The notes: generated by a model from the sequence alone, not told the origin. DNA of 64,000 nucleotides from Marsupella aquatica (GCA_973895155.1 OZ316894.1:15616699-15680698); one strand, 5' to 3'; counted from the stretch's first letter, positions 1 to 12,313 are shown. Numbers and translations: made by a program.

Positions 1-1
1 G

Positions 2-637
2 CAAGGCCACTGAATCAAGTACCAGATCAATAAATGGCAAAGGATAATGATCTTTCCGAGTGGCAGCATTCAACTTCCGGAAGTCTTGACAAACGCGAAT
101 TTTCGTTTTACCATCGGGTCCCGGCTTTTTGGGGACAATGACAATTGGTGAGACCCATTCACTACTCAAGACCGGGTAGATAAATCCAGCAGTCGTGAGC
201 TTGTCCAACTCGTCTTTAACCAGGATGGAATATTTGGGATTCAAACGGTACTGTCTCTGTCGGACAGGTACTGCTCCTTCCATAAGGTCAATACGATGTT
301 CGCCCAAATGTGGATGGATACCTTTTAAATCAGAATGACTCCAGGCAAAGACATCTTTATACTGGGTTAATAAACTGATATACTGTTCCCGTAGCTCTCC
401 TTCGATATGCTTACCAATATTCAAAAACTTGCCTGGCTCAATTTCGATTTTCTGACAAGCTTTTGGATCCACAATTCCATCCGTGAGGTTTGCCGGCTGA
501 AGTCCAAGTTTGGATACTTCTGGTGCAAATGGCTCAAGGGTAGCTGACACTCCCATATCATGGTGTAAATCCCTATTAGCCTCAGTATTAGGAGGTTCGT
601 CTGCTGCTGGGCCCACTTCCGATGATGAAGTTAATTG
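2..637 (-). CDS. pol: pol, N-terminal reverse transcriptase region (partial), in frame with gag-pro beyond a single TGA
   Basis: Manual translation: PVRQRQYRLNPKY..EWVSPIVIVPKK..IRVCQDFRKLNAATRKDHYPLPFIDLVLD. No stop codon in 2-637 in the frame of ORF 638..3691. Confidence 0.93.
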
Positions 638-3600
638 TCAGGAGGGCCTAGTTGGTTTTATGGGAGCATCAGACAGATAAACTTCCAAGTAACGAACTTC
701 CTCCAGTTCAAATTCCAATGGCTGCAGGACTAGCGAAGAGGTCGAAAAATCCGAGGTGTACCCATCATCTGTTTGTGTTTCTCCAAAATGTGGTTCCGGA
801 ACCCAACTAACAGTCACCTTAGGCTTCCCAAATGAAAGCTCTTGAGATTGCCAATTAACCTGAACTTGAGCCTTATACAACCATGGTCGGCCTAACAAAA
901 CAGGAAAGCTGGATGGTATTTCCGGATTAATAACCACATAATCCAACAGAAAAGGGACACCAGCAATCAAAGTTTCTACTTTGGTCAGCTTCCCTATGGG
1001 TACCACACGAGACTGATCCGCCATGCGCAAAATCTTGGGAGTGGGCTCAAACTTAGTGAAACCCAAATTAAATGCTGCTGACTGTGTAATCAGATTAACG
1101 CTGGCTCCTCCATCCACAGGAACTCTCCGAATGACACACCCCTGGATTTGAACCTCAATTTCCATCGGTCCTTTGTCCTCCCACTCTGTTCGTAGCACAT
1201 CCACAGAAGGTAACTTCTTCTTCCTCCGTTTTCCTGCAAGGAGGCTCCTCAGCTGTCGCCTATAAACCGGATTGTCCTGTAATAATTCCCCAATGGTGAT
1301 ATGTGCAGGATGATTCTTGACATCTTCAACAATATCATAACCTGGATTTTTCAGTGGCTCTTTAGCTTTGACTACTACTGGTGGGTTAGGAGATTGCACT
1401 TGCTCCTTAACTAGCTCTTCCAGATGGTCTTTCACTTCCAAAGAGATGTCGGGCAAGAAGTATTTTGGGTCATATCGGTCATAAGCAGGGTCGTCTTCTT
1501 TGTCGAGGCCTTCCTTACATGGCTTGCGCCCTTCATCCTTGGGAGCTTTCGCGACCTTCTGATGCTCGTGCTTCTTGGTCTCCTTTTTCTTCGAACGAGT
1601 AGTTGCGTAAATATTAGTCAGAACTTTATCCCGATTCTGAACTCGATCATTCGGCATACCAACTACTTCAGGTTTCACTAAATGACTTACCAAGACATCA
1701 GGCACCACCCCGGATACTGGTTGATGAAAAAGTGAATCTGGCTTTAATTCCACCCGATTTACATCCATATGTTGAATGAAGCTGCATTGCTCCATCTCTT
1801 CAGAATAAACCATCCGAATCTTGGCTTCAGGTCGACTTGCTTCTTTAACTGGCTCTTGAGCAAATCGAACCATCAGCCTAGGCTTAGCCGGATTCGGGCA
1901 TTCCATCGGTAAGTGTCCTTCTTTTCCACAGTTCCCACAGACAGGTGTATACCCCACCTCCTGTTTGGGATAAGGGCACTGGGGTGAATAATGATCAGGT
2001 TGGCCACAATTCCAACAAGCCCCTTTTTGACGCGGCATTCCTCGTGGTGGGTATCCTCCCGGGGGTCCCATGGGTGGTCTTGACGTTGGTTTATTGAAAG
2101 TGGGCTTAGGTGGTCCCCAAGTCGGTCTGGAAGCAGGAGGTGGTGGGAAATACTGTCCAGGGGGTGCTGTTTGGACGGTATACGCGGGATCGTACTCATA
2201 CTCCTCAGCCTCTTCTTGACCATCTACATAATTCACCGGGGTTCGTAATGTGGGGCACTCGTTCGGGTAATGGCCCTGCTGACTGCATCGGGTGCACCAT
2301 ACGTTCATTCTCATGGGAGCAGGCAACCTTCGTACTGGTTTTACCGCGGCGATATTGACATTCAACTTGGACAATTGGCCAGAGAGTTCTTCCATCATGC
2401 GATCCATCTTCTTCTGGTTGGGAACTTTATTATTCCCTTTTACAGAGGATTTCTTCTTTTTAGGAGCAACGGATTCTGAGTCGGAACTTGAGCTTGAACT
2501 ATCACTAGTGCTCGAATTTGTACTCTCGTCCTCCTCACTAGTGCTACTTTCACTTGATTCCGTCTCCGAGTCAGATTTAGACCTGGACGTTTTCTTCTTC
2601 TTTCTTTTGTCTTTCTTCAGGTCCTTCTTAACTCGTTTTCTCTCTGAAATCTCCGAGTCTACGTACTTCTGGGCTGCCTCTTGTACTTCTTCCAAAGTGG
2701 TGCCACCTTCTCGTCTCACGTAACGAGCAATCCTGGAGGGTAAACCGTTAATAAACCAGTCCTTGATAGTAGATTTCGAGGTAGCTGGATTATATTGATC
2801 TACCAAATCCAATAATTTGTCGGCATATTTCCTCACAGACCCATGTTTCTTCATGTGCAGATGTGAGATTCGAGCAAAGGCACGCGCAGCTGCTCCTTCT
2901 TCTTTATATTTGGCCAAGAAAGCAGCCTTCAATTTCCCCCAATCCTGCTTGTCCGGAAAACGGTCATACCATTTCTGAGCACCCTTTTTCATTAGACCAC
3001 CAAACAGATTGGCTTTTTCAGCGTCTTGACTCTGTCCATTGGATGCAGCTGCAGCTTCAAATTCTTTCAAATACACCTCTGCATCCTCCTTGGAAGTACC
3101 GAAGAACCGGTCGTACCTCACATTATTTCGAGCCATCGTGGTTGGAGCTAGGAGGGTAACGAAAGGAAGAGCTGATCGGGTAGCAAATGGGTTTGGGCTG
3201 CCCAAGCCTGAACTGCTGCTTGTCTCACTAGAAGACGAACCACCGGCTTCACTCAGTGGTTCTGGATTATCCAATTGTGAAAGATCGACAGAATTATCTT
3301 GGGCCAGCGATTCTGCAACTGTATTCTCGGGCAAACCCAAATTTCTTCCTTCGGTATGAGATAAGGCCCTCTCAGTGGTACTATCCACACCAGAGTCAAT
3401 TTGGTTCACCGAACGTACTGTCTGCTGGCGGAGCTTGGTCTTTTGAGAACCAATAAGTTTTGGACCTGAACGAAGATTTACAAACAGGGGTCGGGTCGAC
3501 GTGGGCCTTTCCAAAGAGCCACTTGCCTCTTGAATAGATCCCACTTGTTTCCACACACTACCCGGTGCAGGTGCTCCTGGTGACTGGAATTCGGGTAACA

Positions 3601-3691
3601 ATGTGCGAGGGGTCACTACTAATTTTGCAGCATCCGAATTACTGGAGGTCTTGGTAGGTTTTCTTTTATTCGGTGGATCTCCCTCAGACAT
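638..3691 (-). CDS. gag: Gag-protease polyprotein (1017 aa)
   Basis: Retrotransposon gag core (AQKWY..WGKLKAAFLAKY), three CCHC knuckles (CTRC..H..C, CWNC..H..C, CGNC..H..C), retropepsin VPVDGGASVNLI...VLLGRPWL. Confidence 0.95.
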   Translation of the reverse strand: MSEGDPPNKRKPTKTSSNSDAAKLVVTPRTLLPEFQSPGAPAPGSVWKQVGSIQEASGSLERPTSTRPLFVNLRSGPKLIGSQKTKLRQQTVRSVNQIDSGVDSTTERALSHTEGRNLGLPENTVAESLAQDNSVDLSQLDNPEPLSEAGGSSSSETSSSSGLGSPNPFATRSALPFVTLLAPTTMARNNVRYDRFFGTSKEDAEVYLKEFEAAAASNGQSQDAEKANLFGGLMKKGAQKWYDRFPDKQDWGKLKAAFLAKYKEEGAAARAFARISHLHMKKHGSVRKYADKLLDLVDQYNPATSKSTIKDWFINGLPSRIARYVRREGGTTLEEVQEAAQKYVDSEISERKRVKKDLKKDKRKKKKTSRSKSDSETESSESSTSEEDESTNSSTSDSSSSSSDSESVAPKKKKSSVKGNNKVPNQKKMDRMMEELSGQLSKLNVNIAAVKPVRRLPAPMRMNVWCTRCSQQGHYPNECPTLRTPVNYVDGQEEAEEYEYDPAYTVQTAPPGQYFPPPPASRPTWGPPKPTFNKPTSRPPMGPPGGYPPRGMPRQKGACWNCGQPDHYSPQCPYPKQEVGYTPVCGNCGKEGHLPMECPNPAKPRLMVRFAQEPVKEASRPEAKIRMVYSEEMEQCSFIQHMDVNRVELKPDSLFHQPVSGVVPDVLVSHLVKPEVVGMPNDRVQNRDKVLTNIYATTRSKKKETKKHEHQKVAKAPKDEGRKPCKEGLDKEDDPAYDRYDPKYFLPDISLEVKDHLEELVKEQVQSPNPPVVVKAKEPLKNPGYDIVEDVKNHPAHITIGELLQDNPVYRRQLRSLLAGKRRKKKLPSVDVLRTEWEDKGPMEIEVQIQGCVIRRVPVDGGASVNLITQSAAFNLGFTKFEPTPKILRMADQSRVVPIGKLTKVETLIAGVPFLLDYVVINPEIPSSFPVLLGRPWLYKAQVQVNWQSQELSFGKPKVTVSWVPEPHFGETQTDDGYTSDFSTSSLVLQPLEFELEEVRYLEVYLSDAPIKPTRPS

Positions 3692-4885
3692 CCCTCATTC
3701 TCCAAGCACGGGTGATTTTGAGACACCAGACCCGCTCCTCAGGAGTCTTTATGCAAGGAGTCACCATTTAGGTGCGACGTTATCACCCCACTCCGGGAGA
3801 TATGAACCTGCTTCCTCAAAGTGACTTCCCGTAGCGTCGTTCAACATCCCTTGCATGATTCCTCCCCCTTGCTATCCCGTAGCTAATACTTCCCTTCAGT
3901 GACCAGCCGAGATTCTAAAACCTCGTTTTCTCTGGTGCGTCCTTCAGGTTGAGACGCGGAAAGGCACACCAGAAGCGTCGCGCACGTTGGTTCGTCACAG
4001 ATTCCACCGGACGCTGCTCACAGCGTCCACTGGGATCGGACGCTACTCGAAGCGTCCTGACTTGCGGAATCTTCTGGGACAAATCGCATTGGACGCTCTT
4101 CGCGGCGTCCTTCCTTATCTCCTTTACGGTGGCGATTATTGGAACCGGGCGTTCCCCATAATCTCCGACTTCCTTCACCCTGAAATTTCTTTACCACATG
4201 GTACGCTACACTAGGCCATCCTACTAATCAGACGTCTAACTCCTTCCTAATCTTCTACGCAATTCCTGGTGCATGATTCTTTCCGCTAACTCCCGAATGG
4301 AAATGACTAAATATCTCTCCTGTGTGATCCTACCATTCAGCCTTAATATTACTAAATGCAAACTTTCATCTTCCCACCAGGTGATAGTTAACCAATGTAT
4401 GCCATTCCTCCCTCTCAGGCTCAGAACCCAAGAATTAACATAACGATTCCTCAAATTCCTAATTCTTAATGTTCCCAAAGATCGGATAGGTGGCATCGGT
4501 CACACGAACCAGGATGGTTGGACAATTTTACAAATCATACGTCCCGAGCAACATTAGAATAACTTCACTTGTCACTCAAAGTGTCTTTGGTGTCTTCGAC
4601 TATCTCCAAAGCAACTTGACGAGCAACAGCTCCTCTCTGTGAGGCCTTTTCTGGTGGGAGGGCGGTTTCTTCTCTTAAGTTTGGCACCACAAATTTTTCC
4701 AATACTCTTAAGAGAGCTTCCGGGGCGCTTTGGATAGAGTACGGCATCACCTCGAAATGGAAGCTCTTCATCTTTTTAACTGGAGTGATGACGCATCTTC
4801 ACAATTATAGTAGAACGTGAATTCCTCTCCCATCTAGCTCCTTCTGGCATACACTGCCTGTACGTCAATTCAATCTTAAATTCGT

Positions 4886-4903
4886 TCCCCGGCAGCGGCG
4901 CCA
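4886..4903 (-). promoter_or_regulatory. Primer-binding site of A1 (tRNA-Asp type)
   Basis: TGGCGCCGCTGCCGGGGA, 6 nt inside the LTR end; resembles the Athila-type PBS. Confidence 0.85.
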
Positions 4904-4909
4904 AAAAGA

Positions 4910-6300
4910 TGTCGTATAGTGCTAAGTATCAAAAGTGACTCTCCTCACCTAAAACCAGGGTTTCGATCCCTTTAAGAACAGATTTCAGAATGAATTGTAT
5001 AACTTTTATCACTCCGAGTGATTTAGAGTCTTGAGCTCTATGTTGACTTCACTTCTCAATAAAAAAAATCGAATAAACAAACAACAAAGTAACTGAACTT
5101 CTGATTTATGAATTAGAGAAGAAATGAGTAAGGATTTAGCGACTACAAGCTGCTACTGCCACTCCTTCAGAAAGGATTTGGGCTCAGTATAGACATGAAA
5201 TCTATCTCATAATTCATCCATCTCACTCTTCAAAACACAAAGGTTAATGATAATGGAATTCTCAATCTGATGAAGCAGAAGCTTTCTGATTGCAAATGAA
5301 TGATATGATTTAAAATGCCGTCAACATGGTTTGACATCAGCGATACACAATTCAGTCAAACTCTAAACCATATTCCAGAATCAAAGCAACAGTACTAACT
5401 ACTCTGAGAATCAGAATTTACTTCTCATTTATCATTAACTATTCTTGAATTGGCTAGCGAATCCCGACTCTGCAAGCAAGCCTAGCAGTGAATTCAATAC
5501 GAGTTTCAGAAATCTGCAACTGAATTCAATCACCACAGGAATCTCTTGAATTCAATCTTAACTTCAATCAATATAGCTTTACTTCCATACAAAACACTCA
5601 CAGCATGCCTTGTTACAATGGAAGGAGGAGAAAACTATTCAGAAGACTCAATTCTGAATACAGTATTAACTCTATTTCTCTCTACTTCAAATGAGCATTC
5701 TACTCTGTCTTATAAGTGCTGGAATCCTAAAATGGAGGAGGTAAGAACAGTCGTGCCTTTCCAAGCTTAAAACTAAACAAGGGAGAAGCACAGCATAAGT
5801 ACTTCAACAAGGGTGGTAGAATACTACTTTACTAGTAATCTACTTCAAAAACTAAGTGTTGAGCGGACGCTGCTAGAAGCGTCGGGAGAATCTGGACGCT
5901 GCTAGAAGCGTCTTAAGTAAAACCAACGGACGCTGCTCACACTGCTCACAGCGTCAATACTAGGGTGGACGCTGCTCACAGCGTCGTGTGTTGAAGCTGA
6001 CGCTTTCCACAGCGTCGGTCGAAATCCTCATAGAGTCTTGGTGGCGGTCGGGCGCTGCCAAAAGCGTCATGAGGAGGTTGGACGCTTCCGCAGCGTCTTG
6101 AGTAAAAGAAACGGGCGCTGGTCACAGCGTCGGGCAAAGTACACTAGGAATCGTCAGGAAAGCCGGAGATGTCAAATATTTCTATAAGTGTCCAGAACAA
6201 GTAAATGTTGGCCGGAAGGTGTCTAAAGTGTAAGTAAATCTTGTGATATGCTAAAAATAAACAAGTTTCCAGAAAAAATTGCAGGGACACCCATACCACA
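4910..6300 (-). repeat. 5' LTR of A1 (1391 bp)
   Basis: TG..CA termini; near-identical to 20932-22321 and 26875-28264. Confidence 0.95.
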
Positions 6301-6327
6301 GTTTAGGGAGCCATGGGACGCACCACA
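6301..6327 (+). mobile_element. Terminal 27 bp of a family-B element (B0), cut off by the A1 insertion
   Basis: GTTTAGGGAGCCATGGGACGCACCACA is identical to the B3 end at 51457-51483. Confidence 0.9.
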
Positions 6328-6471
6328 CCTTTCTTCATGGATAGCCATGGTGGGAGGTTATAATTCATGACAACCACGGGCCAAACTGATGTAGGTTGCC
6401 CCTTTCCTCCAAGTGAATGAGGGCTAACTCCATCAGATGCCAATCCTAGCCTCACATGGCGAGGATCATGT
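6328..6471 (-). pseudogene. tnpD: Fragment of CACTA E1 TnpD (Transposase_21 region); continues from 34238
   Basis: HDPRHVRLGLASDGVSPHS..SVWPVVVMNYNLPPWLSMKKG. Joins ..HIEATWPDFAH (34238 onward) once element D is removed. Confidence 0.9.
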
Positions 6472-7350
6472 ATCTGACTATTCATTAAAAGTGGACAAAA
6501 ACTAGTTATTTGGACATTTGGGCAACAAAATTTGGACCTTTGAGGCTGAAATGTGTACATTTGGAGATCATAAAGTGTACATTTGGGGAAGAGAATTGGA
6601 CATTTGGGAGAAAAAATGGACATATTAATAAATATTATTTAGGGCCCAAACAATAAAATATTAATAAAATTGAATGAACCCAACCAAAATGAAATGCCTA
6701 TGTTTTCAAGATTATATTAACAATCTACGACTCCAAGGTTATGTTAGTAACTAGAGTGACCAAAAATATTGCCTAAAGTGTACACAAATAGCTTCTCAAT
6801 TTCTCACATTCATACACAAAATAGGAGCGTTCGTATGGTTGTCACCCTTAGTCGCAACTTTCACCCCAAAAAAGATAAGAACACACTTAGCAACTAAGTT
6901 CAAAATCTGGAATGGATGGGTGAACTCAAAGCACACAGTTTTGCAACAACTCTCAAACATTTATACCCAAGGGTTGATCCAATATAAACCCACAATCTCT
7001 CCACCAAAATTCACTTTCCTTGAGTTAGTGCATGGACAATAGAGCATAAAGGGAGGATGGGGGGGCAACCTTGGGTTTAGGGAGAAAGGGTATACACAAG
7101 AGGGACGGAGAGAGGGACCGAGATCTTTGATGCCTTTATTAAAATCCTCAGCCCCTCCTTTGCTTGCAAACAAACTCCATACAATAAAAAATCTCTCTCC
7201 ATGGTTGGAAGTCTAAATTAAATAAACCCATTTACTAATATCCAAACTACATTGAACATCAATTTCTTGGCCATCATGGAGGGAAAGTGTCAATTTTGTG
7301 CCAACCTCCTAGAGAGATTGAAATTAATGCATTGTAATAAAATGATAGTA

Positions 7351-10300
7351 TCAAAGTTTGTGAATATACTCCTGGACAGATTTGAGTATCTTAGGAGGAA
7401 TTTTCAATCCTCGATCTATAATGTTCTTTTCTTTCATACCCGATTTAAATCCATACATTGCAGACGAAGCATATTGCCATGCAATGTAGGCATTATCAAA
7501 ATTTGGGTCGCGTTCCCAAATTTTGCTCGCCATGAAACACGTACGGTATCGGACTCCTTCGTCTGCATCAAGTTTTCCATGCTTTGGCCTCCACCATTGA
7601 AGCGAAAACATTGGAGCAACTCTATCCACAGAATTTTCATGAGGAAGTGAAGTTGATGTTGAAGTAACATCAGTGATTTTGTGCTTTGGGTCTATTTCTC
7701 CCACGGCTCGAACCAACCAAAACAAACCTTTCCCGTACTTCTGTTCCCAATCATCTTCAGGACAAAGGAACACAAAATGTCCCTCCCGAATATCCTCAAG
7801 AGGATTCCAATGACACTTCTCTCTTTCGGAACGAGACCCCACAAAGGGTGTTGTACGATCCTCCATCTCCTTGTTATACTCATTTTGAAGTCCTGTCATT
7901 TCTTGATTCTCCTCCTCCTCCACTGGTTCGAAAGGAACATCAAATTCTTCAGAGATTCCTCCATTAGACTTGTAGCCTGTGCCATGATTTGTCTTAGGCC
8001 AAAACCCAAATTGTAGCAACAAACTATTAATGTCCTCCCCATCCAATTTAATGGATCCTGATAGTTGCTCCTTCACATTCTCCCAATATTTGATTAATGG
8101 TGATCGCTCACGATACATGGCAGATGTTGGATCAGTACAACTACTCTTGCGATGCTCAATAAATTTTCCAATAAATTTAAGCACATCATCTGATTTCTTA
8201 TGGAGGTCAACAATCCGTTTGGAAAAAGGTTGTCCATCAGGAATGCTCAGATTTTGAGTGATAGAATCTCTTTCTCAAATACACCTTCCATCTGTGGGAA
8301 GCCATGGTTGCTTCATATGTGCTTTGTATTGCCGTATTGGTAAGTTCCTTTTCATGGAGAAAAGAAATGCAATTGGTTGTGATTGACCTGAGATATCCTT
8401 TACATGCGATCGCAAGTAGTCTTTGTATGCCGCAACCTCTTGAATCAACCTCGGAACAGGGTGGATGCTCTCGCATTCCCAAACTTCCGCCATGAGTGCC
8501 AACAAAGTTGAAACTTCTCGATTTTGAACTTGCTTTGCTACCTTTGAAAAAAGTGCGTCCACGTCCTCGTGTGTATGTCCAACCATGAGAAAGGACATTT
8601 GCACCATTTCAAAAACCCCTCTAGCAACAAGTTGGCTACAAAAGGCCATCACGGTTTGATTTTTATTATCCTTTCCAGAGTTGTCCATTTGTAGAGTAAG
8701 GTGACGCGGCAAGGGTTTGAAAGCGGACCTTGATTCTTTCCCTCTTGAAGCATCTCCTTGAGTCTAGGTTGATCCCAAATCAATCCCATCCTCCTCAATA
8801 CCTTGATATCTAGTAACATCAAGCTTCTTTGGTTGTAAATAGCCTTGTAGAAAAGCATCAAAATCAAGTAGCTTTTGAAATATCATCCGGGTGGTTTCCC
8901 AATAAAGCCCTGCAACAATATCTCCAGTCTTGTCTCCATCATACTCTTCAAGATCACGGAGGCATTTGGCTAGCGAAGAAACAGTAAAATTTGAGTCTTC
9001 GGGCCATAGACCCGTAACACTAAAATGCGCATATACTCCTGGATCCCTATCGTGAGTCAACATTCCTGTGAGAGCTACAGGAAGTGGAATTCCCTGACCC
9101 GAAAGTGATTTTGGAAGGCTAGCCAATCTTGGTATCCATGGTTTGGCCTGATCCATCTTATCATGAATGATACAAAGATAATTATCAGGGTCTTTTTTGG
9201 CAAGAACCCTGTGTGCATAATATTGGTACCTCCTGGACATCTACTCCCTCAAGTGCCTTGATCTACTTTCTTCAATTTCTCCCCTTTCTTTCTTTCTTCT
9301 CTCCTTCATCAAACTCTCTTTGAATGTAATGCAAAGATTACACTTTGCAAAAGGTCCCTCCTTGTGAAAAGTGTAGTTATCAAACGATTTGTTCCATGTA
9401 GTGTACATGGTATTGATCAAAACTGGTTCAACGCCATCTGCTTGCATCTTTGATTTCACCTCCTCATAGATGTTATTTTTGTTGAAGCATGAAGGAAGTT
9501 TGTACTCAATTGAATCTGTTCCACACATACCCGTATATGAAAGATGGGGCATCGGCTCTCCATATTCAATCAAGATGGCCTCGAGGTAAGCACGTCCAAT
9601 CAATGTGCTTGGTCTTGTTTTTGACACTCCGGTGTTTCCGTGGAAACCAATTTGACAACCATCCTCATACTGGCTTTTGTAATTGTAAAATTGGGATCTA
9701 CTAAACCCATGAATGGTATAAAAAGCCTCTCGACAAACTATCTGTCCATTGAGTACAAAACATCCTTTCTTCACCACCGAGTCCTCTCTGCAATGGAAAA
9801 GGTTAAGGATGTAACTTGTTTTGTTGTTGCAAGACATCCCATGGTACTCGCTTCTTCTTTCTTCCATCTCATCCCGTGAAACATTAAGGGTACACTTCAG
9901 TTTGCAACATTGTTCTTGTTTGATGGCATCAATGGACTCTTCAGTTATTTTTGTCACCACCCGAGATTGAAGATGTCTTCTCAGTCTTTCTTCAGGACCA
10001 ACCTTCATTCTCTTGATACAATTATATGGTCGTTTTGCTGCAGGAATGTTGAGAGTCTCGGGAGGGTCAACATCATATTTACCCTCTGTTGCCCATTTAT
10101 CAGAATACTTGTCCACAATATCTCCAAGAAAGCACCCATTAGCCTCAAGCTTCAAAGAATGAATGGCCCACCTAATGAGCCCAGGAACACCCTTTCGTTC
10201 CAATGGGAAGAATGAAGTTTCAAAAATATCCAAAATTGCAACTCCAACGTTGTTTGGGCCAAGGGGTTCCCCGTCAACAGCCCCTCCTTCATAAGGAACA

Positions 10301-11103
10301 GAAATCACACCTCGAACAAGGAGATCTTGGCAATCTTTGGAGAATAACTCGACGTGCTCACCCATCCAGTCTGAACGAAGGACAAAATCCTTTTGCTTTT
10401 TGTTTGTAGATCCTGACAACAATTCTTTATTGAGTGACTTTTGGCCCTCTAGGTTTGTGCCCCTCCTTCTAACATTAACTAAATTCCAAATCACCCACGT
10501 GTCCTTTGCCTCAGCAATGGTTTCAGCTCCATCATGGATATAGGGCAAAGGGGCGGATCCGTCATAGATCTCATTTATTCGAACACTAATCCGACCTTCT
10601 CCAAGAATGTCATTGTGACAATGATCAGTTGGGGACGTCTTGAAAACAAATCCATTGGAGACATGCCGGCCTGAAATGAGCATCTCCACCACATCCCCTT
10701 CCAAAAGTCTGGATCTATTTGTAACAACTGTTGTATCAGTTACTGATGTTTGCCAATTGTCTACCATTGGATATGCAAAACCTGCAACATCTTCCCTGTT
10801 TGGACTAGTGTCACCATGTAGCAAAATAGATGACCTCTCCCATAAAACACAACAATCAATTGCATCTTCAAGCTTGGTTGCCATTGGTGTTGGAACGGGA
10901 AGGGTGCGAGACCCCTCAATGGTCTTGAGAATCAAAACACCAATTCTTGATTCTCCAATCGTAATCTTATGCACAGTATCAGCTGGATCCGTTTTCTGAA
11001 CAATTCCAATTCCAACTTCATATCCATCAATTGTTAACATGACTTTGTCCCCACGCAAAAAGTCACCCATATGTTCCTGGAAAACCAAACTTGAAAGAGT
11101 CAA
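7351..11103 (-). pseudogene. Transposase of D (~1250 codons, one frame, three premature stops at 9241, 8764, 8275)
   Basis: ORFs 9241..11103, 8764..9240, 8275..8712 and 7351..8184 share a frame. Motifs CIIHDKMDQAK, LQMDNSGKDNKN and SFLMVGHTHEDVDALFS (DUF7869-type RNase H-fold DDD core), preceded by Cys clusters CCKLKC and CNLC. Confidence 0.82.
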
Positions 11104-11248
11104 AACCTAGGCATAAAGGAAATCATTTTGTTTCAAACAGCCGTGTCAAGCTGTACAATTTTTTATTCACTGCTGAGTGGGTCTTCACAGAACAAACCTT
11201 GATCATGCAGCCTCCATCAAAGGGGTCCAACCTGGATTTGGCTTATGC

Positions 11249-11890
11249 TAAAACATCTCAAAACTAAATTAAATTGAAAGTGCTCCCTTCAGCAAAATAA
11301 TCTGATGGACATCTCCAAGCCTTGGATCGGAACAGAAGGTCAATACAAGATTGACCTTTCCCATTTCATGATTGAGGCTTATGGTTAATATGAGTGATCA
11401 CCCGAGTGATTCTACTTGATTTGAAGAGGAGGGCCTATACGAGATCAGCCCACCTTTTAAATGAAGAGTTTAGGATGCATACAAGACCAACAATCTTGCA
11501 AGTTTTGAGTGTTGAACCTAATAGTTGCAAGAGGGGGCTTGGGAGGATTCTCATTAATTTGATAATTGGATGAATGCGAGTTAAATTTATATAGTCTGAT
11601 TCTACCATGATGGCTTAATTAAACTAAAATCTCAAAACTAAATTAAATGAAACATTGGTGCTTCCATTAGGAACATAATCTGAGGAGCTGAGGGTCAATA
11701 CAAGATCAACCCTCCGCATTTCACGGTTGAGGCCTAAGGTTGATAGGAGAGTGATTCTACGTGGTTTGAAGAGAGCCTACGTTTATACAAGACCATCCCT
11801 CATTCTCATTTCAAGAGAGTTTAGAATACATATGAGACCAACCATCTAGCAAGTTTCCAAGGTTGATCCTAACAACTGCAAGAGGGAGGA
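11249..11890 (+). repeat. Degenerate ~360-bp tandem duplication in D
   Basis: ATCTCAAAACTAAATTAAAT..GGTCAATACAAGAT..TTGCAAGAGGG blocks recur at ~11255 and ~11629. Confidence 0.6.
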
Positions 11891-12269
11891 AGGAACTTCC
11901 ACACAATTCTATACAAACATGAATACCATTTCATGATCTAAATGTGAATTGTGAAACCACTAGTTTTCATAACAAATGCAATTCAAATGAATTTGTTGAA
12001 AGATTACCTTCTGGTTGCTATGTAGTGGAACTCAAGGGCTTCTATAACATTGTTTGACAGTTATTCAAGATCAAAAAGGCAATACAAGAGGATAATTGGT
12101 CTTGTATTGAGAAGAAACTATATAGAGCCTAAATTTAGAAGCCTATGGTAGCTCCCAGAATTTAATGAAAATGAGTGTATCAAAATATTTTTTGAAAATG
12201 AAGATGACAAGACCCAAGAATTAGAATCAAAGTAAGAAGAACCTTCAATGATGGACATAGAGGAGCTCG

Positions 12270-12272
<3 letters not shown>

Positions 12273-12313
<41 letters not shown>

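Larger units (their letters stand above)
1..6300 (-). mobile_element. Element A1: Ty3/gypsy LTR retrotransposon (non-chromovirus, Athila/Tat-like), 5' part; runs off the left window edge
   Basis: 5' LTR 4910-6300, tRNA-Asp-type PBS, gag-protease ORF and start of RT. Inserted 27 bp from the end of a family-B copy. Confidence 0.95.

Noticed and set aside
1424-3824. Many short plus-strand ORFs opposite gag, and similar shadow ORFs opposite the B, tnpD and tnpA genes
   Set aside because: Antisense or alternate-frame shadows of real coding sequence.
3915-4771. Short ORFs in the family-A 5' leader (87, 86 and 68 aa)
   Set aside because: No motifs. One is truncated in A2, and the copies are too similar for conservation to be informative.
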